From the NCBI GenBank assembly GCA_030668615.1, contig DAOUTQ010000003.1, positions 1 to 44,447 on the forward strand: a stretch of DNA of 44,447 nucleotides, read 5' to 3'. The DNA comes from Bacteroidales bacterium. Its GTDB lineage: Bacteria > Bacteroidota > Bacteroidia > Bacteroidales > UBA12077. How positions within the stretch are numbered: the stretch's first letter is position 1; the number at the start of each line of letters is the position of its first letter. This document shows positions 18,910-25,755 of this stretch, one piece after another. The translations under genes and the position numbers were made by a program. The notes under the pieces are model-generated. The model had not been told where the DNA came from and did no database searches. It worked only from the letters and a program-made list of their open reading frames with translations.

Positions 18910-19812
18910 TTATGGTTCTACCATTGTTGCTGGAACGCTTCCTGTAACATAAAGTGGTAATAAGAAATCTTCAGCAGCTCCGTCAACTTTAATAACATGG
19001 AAAGTTCCTTCTACGGTATAACTAACAGTACCATCTAACATTGCAGCAGCAAGAGATGCTCCCTCTATAGGTCCTAAACTTAAGGTAACAGGCAAAATCA
19101 TATCAATTGTTGCTCCTCCGGCAATATTAATATCTGTTGAATATGAATCAGAATATAAGTGTGTATCAGACTCAACACCCTCAACATAAACAATATATTC
19201 AACCTCGTCAACTATTGCATCACGAGAGTCTATATTTTTAACATCACAATTTACATCATAATTAAACACATAACTTGTTAAACCAATGGAATATGTTCCT
19301 TCCATATCATTTACAGTAACTTCCGGCTGGTCGAAGAAGTCTTCAAATCCAACATCGACAGATGCTGTTCCTTCAATATCTATTGGTAAATCTATTTTAT
19401 CAAGAACAGCTTTGTCAAGATGAAATGTTCCATCAACAGTATAACTAAGTTCTTGACCTGCATCTAATTTTGACAATAACTGAATAGCATCAGTAGTGCG
19501 CAATGTCAACGGTAATGTAAGATCAAGTGGTACATCGTTGTATATTTTCTGACCTATATCACAACTTTCGTTTTCAGATACAAACCCTTCGATTGTTACC
19601 TGGTAATCAACATCTTTAATCGTTGCTTCTTTCGAGTCATTATTAATAACCTGTATATCAACATTTAAAGTTGTATATTCACCAGGAAGTCCTTCTAAAG
19701 AGAATCCTGTTACAATAATTGAAGGCTGATCAAACAAATCTTCTTTGTCACACGAAAACATGGCCGTTACACCTAGTGCAACTATCATAACTGCAAAAAA
19801 CTTTTTTCTCAT
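18910..19812 (-). CDS. Lipoprotein with two tandem LEA_2/WHy-like domains
   Basis: Lipobox MFSC and a clear internal duplication (FDQP...DVDYQVTIEG...LPLTL...YTVDGTFH vs FDQP...EVEYIVYVEG...LPVTL...YTVEGTFH). Confidence 0.75.
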   Translation of the reverse strand: MRKKFFAVMIVALGVTAMFSCDKEDLFDQPSIIVTGFSLEGLPGEYTTLNVDIQVINNDSKEATIKDVDYQVTIEGFVSENESCDIGQKIYNDVPLDLTLPLTLRTTDAIQLLSKLDAGQELSYTVDGTFHLDKAVLDKIDLPIDIEGTASVDVGFEDFFDQPEVTVNDMEGTYSIGLTSYVFNYDVNCDVKNIDSRDAIVDEVEYIVYVEGVESDTHLYSDSYSTDINIAGGATIDMILPVTLSLGPIEGASLAAAMLDGTVSYTVEGTFHVIKVDGAAEDFLLPLYVTGSVPATMVEP

Positions 19813-19930
19813 TTTTTATCTTTTTAAGTAATTATTATTTAAACCTAAGAGTAAGCATAAAGATAACAAAAAAGACTAAAAATAAAAAGAATTGAATTAC
19901 AGTGATGTGATGTTGAAACAAGTTAATATA

Positions 19931-20209
19931 TCAATTTTTATCAAAGTAATACTCTATTTCTTCGCCATTTGGTTTTTCAAAAGTCAAAATATCAAATGGT
20001 TTTCCCTTTTCAAATACTAAAGCTTGTTGAATAAATTTACAGTCACTACAAATATTTTTAATATGTTCATACTCTTCTGATACACTGGATACTATAATCG
20101 CCATTTCAAAAGAGCTCCCATCTCTATTTGTTGTATTAATAGTCTTGGTTATACTACACCCATAATACAATAATGTAAATAAACTAAGGATTGATAAAAC
20201 TTTCTTCAT
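19931..20209 (-). CDS. Small hypothetical lipoprotein
   Basis: MKK followed by a hydrophobic stretch and lipobox YGC. The mature part DGSSFEMAIIV...QQALV...KPFDIL...YYFD looks like a real globular domain. Confidence 0.7.
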   Translation of the reverse strand: MKKVLSILSLFTLLYYGCSITKTINTTNRDGSSFEMAIIVSSVSEEYEHIKNICSDCKFIQQALVFEKGKPFDILTFEKPNGEEIEYYFDKN

Positions 20210-20407
20210 TTTTTCATGAATTGATTAAGTTGATCTATGCTTCAAAATTACCCATACCCATTTTCACGTACCATACAGTTTCTGTTTCCAAGGCACTGAT
20301 TTGTCAGACCGACATTCTAAACCGAAGATAACAGAACTTTATCAAATAGACAATCCGAATAATTATTGGGACTTGTGCTAAGTAAAACAATATGTCACCT
20401 ATTTACC

Positions 20408-20788
20408 TTAACCGGTATTTTCTTCTTTTGTGTGGTGTAATTTGCTTAATTTCCAACTAATCAGAAATAGCATTGCTGTTAATGGAAAAAGATACATCAT
20501 CGGCATCTTCATTGCATCAGGATTCAAAATACAAACTCCAATAAAACCTACTAGAGAAACAAGAGCTCCTATTAATTCCCACTTCCAAGCAAGGCCAAGT
20601 CCCATGAGCATAATTACTCCCACCAAAATAATAGCAATTGGTGTTGGTTCTGCTGATGGTTTATGTTCAGACATTAATTCAGGAATTGCGAAAACCAATA
20701 CGAGTATTATAAGTAGGAGACCTAAAATTCGAGCAATCCATCTTAAAACTCTGGTTGTTTTGCTTTCTAATGATGTTTTGTTTTTCAT
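20408..20788 (-). CDS. Small 4-TM membrane protein (DUF7670-like)
   Basis: LRWIARIL and LAWKWELIG motifs, four hydrophobic segments, same strand as its neighbours. Confidence 0.7.
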   Translation of the reverse strand: MKNKTSLESKTTRVLRWIARILGLLLIILVLVFAIPELMSEHKPSAEPTPIAIILVGVIMLMGLGLAWKWELIGALVSLVGFIGVCILNPDAMKMPMMYLFPLTAMLFLISWKLSKLHHTKEENTG

Positions 20789-20827
20789 AACATTTTATTT
20801 TTAATTAGGTGTTGCATATATAATCAA

Positions 20828-20899
20828 TTCTATTTTGGTAAACGAAACACTGTAACTACGACCAAAATTACCTGCAGCAACTTCAAATTAATCATCCTT
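20828..20899 (-). pseudogene. Diverged duplicate of the pyk 3' end (24 codons)
   Basis: 61/72 nt identical to 22550-22621 by manual alignment. It reads KDD*FEVAAGNFGRSYSVSFTKIE versus KDDLFVVAAGNFGRSYGVSFTEIG in pyk. Confidence 0.9.
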
Positions 20900-21649
20900 A
20901 ATACATCGAACAGAATAACCATAAAACTCAGGGAAACTGAATAAGATGCCATCACTCCTTAGAATTCCTTTGTCAAAGGAACTCAAATACCTGTTCCAAG
21001 CCATATAGTAAGAAGAGGAAGTCTCTGTTGAAGTCCAAAAATAAGCACCTACTTTTTTCCCAGAAAAAGAACCGTTATCACCACGCATACCACCAGGTAA
21101 TGCATTAAACCCAAATAGATCAACACCATTACCATCGCTATTCCAGTCATAAGTAGATTTTAGATTTTTCCCCGCATTACTGCCACGATAATAACCATCA
21201 ATATCCCATTCCGGATCACCGATTCCATATAAGCTGTCAACTGTACCTTCAAGAATCTTCAATTCATCATCGGTGGGTATATGCCAACCATCTGGACAAA
21301 CGCCTTGTGCTCCTTCTTGCGTTGCGTATTGCATCATTTCAGGCCACTGGTATAATCCTCCATAAATATTGCAATTATCAGGATCGTTGCTATAAGCATA
21401 TTTCTCTATTTCTCCATCGTCAGCCTGACTATAAAATCCGTTTATTATTTTGCCAACATTCAGGTTTTCTGCCATCCATATTTGGGAACCTATTGTTACC
21501 GTTTTATAAACATTGCCATCAATATCAGTTACAGTACCGCTTAGCTCATCATTATTATTTTCATCTTCTTTTTCGCAACTACAAATAATTATTAATAACA
21601 TTACCATAATTGCTAAAGAATAAAACAAAATTATTTTTTCCTTTTTCAT
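20888..21649 (-). CDS. FISUMP (Fibrobacter succinogenes major paralogous domain) lipoprotein
   Basis: Lipobox CSC, TDIDGNVYKTVTIGSQIWMAENL, YGGLYQW, CPDGWHIP, GFNALPGG, FWTST and YSVRCIKD. Confidence 0.93.
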   Translation of the reverse strand: MKKEKIILFYSLAIMVMLLIIICSCEKEDENNNDELSGTVTDIDGNVYKTVTIGSQIWMAENLNVGKIINGFYSQADDGEIEKYAYSNDPDNCNIYGGLYQWPEMMQYATQEGAQGVCPDGWHIPTDDELKILEGTVDSLYGIGDPEWDIDGYYRGSNAGKNLKSTYDWNSDGNGVDLFGFNALPGGMRGDNGSFSGKKVGAYFWTSTETSSSYYMAWNRYLSSFDKGILRSDGILFSFPEFYGYSVRCIKDD

Positions 21650-21922
21650 GAGTTATTTAATTATCAATTATAATTATTAAATGTTTCATTTCATGCAAGT
21701 TATTAATAATAACTTAGAATTTCAATAAAAAAATTCGTCATTTTAACTACTGAACTTGAACTAGATAACTATAAAATGTTTGAATAATTAAATCAATTTT
21801 GCAGAGAGGAGTAAATGTTCGTAAATTTATGCATAGAAATATAAATGTAGCTAGAGGCTAAAAATGTTCAAGTATAAATGTTTTTTGTACACATGCTTCC
21901 CATCACATTTTATAAAGATCAA

Positions 21923-22432
21923 TTAGTATTCATAATTTGTCGCTTGTAGAATCTCGTTTAATGCCTTTTGCGTCTTATTATGACTGCTTATATTTTCTGC
22001 TAACATTGTATCATTACCTATTTTGTCTCGAAGCAAAATATCATAGAATTTTAATGAATACTCAGATTTAGCGGTAGGTCTCAAACCAGCTTCAATTTTA
22101 AATACTTTTTTTGCTTTTCGAATTATTACTCTATTATAATCTTTAATAGCCAATGTTCTTCCTACTTTGATCATAGAATAAAGACTGTTGAATGAGTAAA
22201 TGTTTTCACTATCTATTACAATATATTTGGTTGAAGTAAATGGTATTAAACCTAATATGCATGAGATGAATAAAAAAAATGCCTTGATAACCAATCCTGT
22301 ATTAATTTCATAAATCTGATTCCAGAAAGTACGATACAATCCAAAGCAACCAAAAAAAATTAAAGCAAATCCAAACATTAATGCATTTGGAAAAGCCAGT
22401 CCTAAGAATATCTTTTTATTTTCAGTTCTCAT
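21923..22432 (-). CDS. Hypothetical membrane protein (2 TM + soluble beta-rich domain)
   Basis: 169-aa ORF with two hydrophobic helices. I recognise no family. Confidence 0.7.
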   Translation of the reverse strand: MRTENKKIFLGLAFPNALMFGFALIFFGCFGLYRTFWNQIYEINTGLVIKAFFLFISCILGLIPFTSTKYIVIDSENIYSFNSLYSMIKVGRTLAIKDYNRVIIRKAKKVFKIEAGLRPTAKSEYSLKFYDILLRDKIGNDTMLAENISSHNKTQKALNEILQATNYEY

Positions 22433-22513
22433 ATAATATTAATTTTTGACTTTGCTTATATTTCTTTAATACGGAATTATCATCTACTTATTATGATATG
22501 TCAATGCGAGTAA

Positions 22514-23935
22514 TTACTGCACCAAATTTCCCATTAAATTTTCCAATGTTCCTATTTCGGTAAATGAAACACCATAACTACGACCAAAATTACCTGCTGC
22601 AACAACAAATAAATCGTCTTTAGTAAAAGGATAAATGTTTATCAGATTTGTTAGTGCTTCTGATAAGAATTCATGTGAAGTTTCTTTTGGCTTCATATAA
22701 TCAGCTATTACACCGTAACTTAAAGCCATTTCACGCATGGTTCGTTTTGAATAACATTGCGCAAATATAGGTTTTGCTCCGCGATAAGCTGCCAAACTCC
22801 TTAATGTTCTGCCTGACATTGAATCAGCAATAATTGCTTTTGCATCAAGTCGTATAGCACCTTTTACTGCTGATTTACACAAATACCCGGAAATTGGGTT
22901 GTTAATAATTACGGTTGGAATATCATTAAAAGGCTGTTTTGTATTTTCTATTTCCATGGTAATTTTCGCCATAGTTCTCACAGATTCAATAGGATATGCT
23001 CCGCTTGCTGTTTCTCCACTTAACATTACCGCATCAGCATTTCGATACACTGCGCTTGCAACATCATTTACTTCGGCACGTGTAGGTCTCGGATTATCTA
23101 TCATTGAATGCAGCATTTGAGTTGCGATAATAACTGGCTTGCGTTTATCAATAGCTTTACCAATTAAGTATCGCTGTAATCCTGGAATTTTTTCATAAGG
23201 TATTTCAACAGCTAAATCACCACGTGCAACCATAATTCCATAGGCATGATCCAAAATTTCATCAATATTATCAACTCCCTGTTGATTCTCGATTTTAGCG
23301 ATTATTTTAATCTGTGAATTTTGATCATCCAGTAATTTTTGAATCTCCAAAACATCTTCTTTACTTCGAACAAAAGAATGTGCAATAAAATCAAGATCTT
23401 CTTCAATTGCCAACTGAACAAATTCTTTGTCTCGTTCGCTAACTGAAGGCAGATTAAAAGAAACATTAGGAACATTAACACCTTTCCTACCCTTAATTAA
23501 TCCATCGTTTGAAGCTTCGCATAAAAGAGAATCGTCCTGCTTTTTTATCACTTTTAATTCAATATAACCATCATCAATCAAAATGCAGGTTTTATCCGGA
23601 ACCTCATTTACAAATCCAGTATACGAAACGTAAATACATTCATCATTTGATTCTTTTGTTGGATCACCTTTTATTAGAATCTGCTGTCCTTTCTTTAAAT
23701 CAACAACATTATCTGTTTTAACGGTTCGTACTTCTGGTCCTTTTGTATCAATTAAAAGTGCAATTTTTTCAGAAACAGCTCTAACGTCTTTTATAAGTTT
23801 TAAAGCACCTTCCCTATTTTGATGCGCTGTATTCATGCGCACAACATCCATTCCTTCTTTATACAATAATTCTATAAATTCAGGTGTGCAGGTTTTATCT
23901 GATATAGTCGCAACAATTTTCGTTTTCTTAATCAT
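22514..23935 (-). CDS. pyk: Pyruvate kinase
   Basis: TKIVATI, RMNTAH, DTKGPEVR, IIAKIEN, MVARGDL, ATQMLHSM, PTRAEVNDV and MLSGETA. Confidence 0.98.
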   Translation of the reverse strand: MIKKTKIVATISDKTCTPEFIELLYKEGMDVVRMNTAHQNREGALKLIKDVRAVSEKIALLIDTKGPEVRTVKTDNVVDLKKGQQILIKGDPTKESNDECIYVSYTGFVNEVPDKTCILIDDGYIELKVIKKQDDSLLCEASNDGLIKGRKGVNVPNVSFNLPSVSERDKEFVQLAIEEDLDFIAHSFVRSKEDVLEIQKLLDDQNSQIKIIAKIENQQGVDNIDEILDHAYGIMVARGDLAVEIPYEKIPGLQRYLIGKAIDKRKPVIIATQMLHSMIDNPRPTRAEVNDVASAVYRNADAVMLSGETASGAYPIESVRTMAKITMEIENTKQPFNDIPTVIINNPISGYLCKSAVKGAIRLDAKAIIADSMSGRTLRSLAAYRGAKPIFAQCYSKRTMREMALSYGVIADYMKPKETSHEFLSEALTNLINIYPFTKDDLFVVAAGNFGRSYGVSFTEIGTLENLMGNLVQ

Positions 23936-23940
23936 GATTT

Positions 23941-24050
23941 AGTTGAAGGTTTAAAGTTATAAGTTAAAGGTTGAAAGTGAAAAATTTAATTTAGAACATA
24001 CTAAAACGAATTACCAAAAATTATTCATTGTTAATTATTAATTATTCATT
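23941..24050 (-). repeat. Two heptamer tandem arrays downstream of aroQ
   Basis: Minus strand: AATGAAT AATTAAT AATTAAC AATGAAT AATTTTT (24050-24016), then seven TTNAACY-like units (23989-23941). Confidence 0.65.
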
Positions 24051-24470
24051 TTTTATCACTCTCAGACTCTCAACAGCAAGTCTGTAACTATCTAATCCAA
24101 ATCCGGAAATACTTCCTTTGCAAACAGAACCTATTATGGTAGTATGCCTGAATTCCTCACGCGCAAACACATTTGAAATATGAACTTCAATAACCGGAGA
24201 AATCACCGCAGCTATTGCATCGGCTATAGCAACAGAAGTGTGTGTGTATCCACCAGCATTTAATATAATACCATCGAAGTCAAAACCAACTTCCTGAATT
24301 TTATTGATGATTTCTCCTTCAACATTTGATTGATAATATTCCAAATCAATATCTTCAAAATGATCTTTTATAAGTTTTAAGAAATCATCAAAATCTACAT
24401 CACCATAGATATCTTTTTCGCGTTTGCCTAATAAATTTAAGTTAGGGCCATTAATGATCTGGATTTTCAT
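24042..24470 (-). CDS. aroQ: Type II 3-dehydroquinate dehydratase
   Basis: INGPNLNLLGKRE..IYG, QSNVEG, NAGGYTHTSVAI and EVHISNVFAREEFRH. Start placed at ATG 24470. Confidence 0.97.
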   Translation of the reverse strand: MKIQIINGPNLNLLGKREKDIYGDVDFDDFLKLIKDHFEDIDLEYYQSNVEGEIINKIQEVGFDFDGIILNAGGYTHTSVAIADAIAAVISPVIEVHISNVFAREEFRHTTIIGSVCKGSISGFGLDSYRLAVESLRVIKNE

Positions 24471-24494
24471 ATATATAATTTTAACATCCTTATG

Positions 24495-24521
24495 CAAATT
24501 TAAGCATAAACATTAACTTTG
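24495..24521. promoter_or_regulatory. Back-to-back Bacteroidota -7 promoter boxes for aroQ and xerD
   Basis: TAAATTTG on the minus strand (24495-24502) and TAACTTTG on the plus strand (24514-24521). Both cover the TTG starts of the ORF track, which supports the downstream ATG starts. Confidence 0.65.
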
Positions 24522-24554
24522 AAATATCTTGATCTAATTATTAACAATTATTTA

Positions 24555-25454
24555 ATGAACTGGGAAAGTAGCATTATACAATTTAAGAATTATTTAAAAC
24601 TGGAAAGATCTCTATCAGAAAATTCAGTAAAAGCGTACGAAAGCGACATTCGTAAATTTGTTACATATCTCGAAATAAAAGAATTATCGGTATCTCCCGT
24701 TCAGGTTAAATTACAACATTTAAAAAAATTTATTGAATGGATTAATGAATTGGGATTAAATGCCCGATCACAGTCTAGAATAATATCAGGTTTAAAAGCT
24801 TTTTTCAAATATCTCATACTGGAAGATATTATTGAAAGTGATCCGGCAAATTTGTTAGAATCTCCAAAATTGGGAAGAAAATTACCTGAGGTTCTTTCTA
24901 TTAACGAAATTGACGAAATAATTTCAGCTATTGATTTGAGTTTACCAGAAGGACAAAGAAACAAAGCTATTATTGAAACTCTTTATAGTTGTGGTCTTCG
25001 TGTTTCTGAATTAGTAAACCTAAAAATAACAAATCTGTATTTGGATGAAGGTTTTATAAGAGTTGTAGGAAAAGGAAATAAAGAGCGTCTTGTTCCAATC
25101 GGGCAAAAGGCAATAAAAGAAATTCAATACTATTTCCATGACCGTAACTCTTTATCCAATATAGATAAATCAGACCAGAATATTGTTTTCCTTAACCGAA
25201 GAGGTAGAAAATTAACGCGTGTTATGATTTTTACAATAGTTAAAAGATTAGTAGAAAAAGCAGAAATAAATAAAAACATTAGTCCACACACATTTCGCCA
25301 TTCATTCGCATCTCACCTTATTGATGGAGGTGCTGATTTACGCGCAGTACAAGAAATGTTAGGTCATGAATCAATTATCACAACTGAAATCTACACGCAT
25401 CTCGATCGTGAATATCTTCGTGACGCAATTATTCAATTTCATCCGAGATCATAA
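24555..25454 (+). CDS. xerD: Site-specific tyrosine recombinase XerD
   Basis: LERSLSENSVKAYESD, GLRVSEL, GKGNKERLVP, SPHTFRHSFASH, VQEMLGH, TEIYTH and terminal HPR. Confidence 0.93.
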   Translation: MNWESSIIQFKNYLKLERSLSENSVKAYESDIRKFVTYLEIKELSVSPVQVKLQHLKKFIEWINELGLNARSQSRIISGLKAFFKYLILEDIIESDPANLLESPKLGRKLPEVLSINEIDEIISAIDLSLPEGQRNKAIIETLYSCGLRVSELVNLKITNLYLDEGFIRVVGKGNKERLVPIGQKAIKEIQYYFHDRNSLSNIDKSDQNIVFLNRRGRKLTRVMIFTIVKRLVEKAEINKNISPHTFRHSFASHLIDGGADLRAVQEMLGHESIITTEIYTHLDREYLRDAIIQFHPRS

Positions 25455-25458
25455 ATTC

Positions 25459-25553
25459 AATTAATAATTAAAAATGAAGAATTATTAATTACTTAAAATG
25501 AGTTTTGGCCTTTTAACTCTTAACCTTTGAATTTCAACTTTAAATCTTGAACT
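25459..25553 (+). repeat. Two heptamer tandem arrays downstream of xerD
   Basis: AATTAAT AATTAAA AATGAAG AATTATT AATTACT (25459-25493), then TTTAACT CTTAACC TTTGAAT TTCAACT TTAAATC TTGAACT (25512-25553). Confidence 0.65.
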
Positions 25554-25679
25554 ATTTTACTGGTTTTTTTGATTAGTAATTAATCCTAAACTACAACCGG
25601 AATGTTACCAGATTTTTCTATTTTACAACATGTCTCTTAAAATATTTACCGAAACACTCTCTGTTTGGTAATTTTTGAA

Positions 25680-25687
25680 TATCTTTG
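25680..25687 (+). promoter_or_regulatory. Putative -7 box for ppdK
   Basis: TATCTTTG, 68 nt upstream of the ATG. Confidence 0.55.
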
Positions 25688-25755
25688 TAATCTGCAAAAG
25701 GATTTTGTTAAACAAATCATATTCAATTATTTATAAATTTTAAAGTATATAAAAA

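Noticed and set aside
20888-21100. Diversity-generating retroelement targeting the FISUMP C-terminus
   Set aside because: There is no template repeat with adenine-specific differences and no reverse transcriptase in the window. The nearby repeat derives from pyk.
17691-22513. Integron-like cassette array with attC sites
   Set aside because: Only isolated half-site-like words appear (minus-strand GTTGTATGTCAT before the oxidoreductase, and ATTACCGCAAAC near 7340-7351). No paired attC hairpins repeat between genes.
24555-25454. Tyrosine recombinase as a phage, island or integron integrase
   Set aside because: Its length, motifs and HPR terminus fit XerD. It lacks the IntI-specific insertion and sits in housekeeping context with aroQ and pyk.
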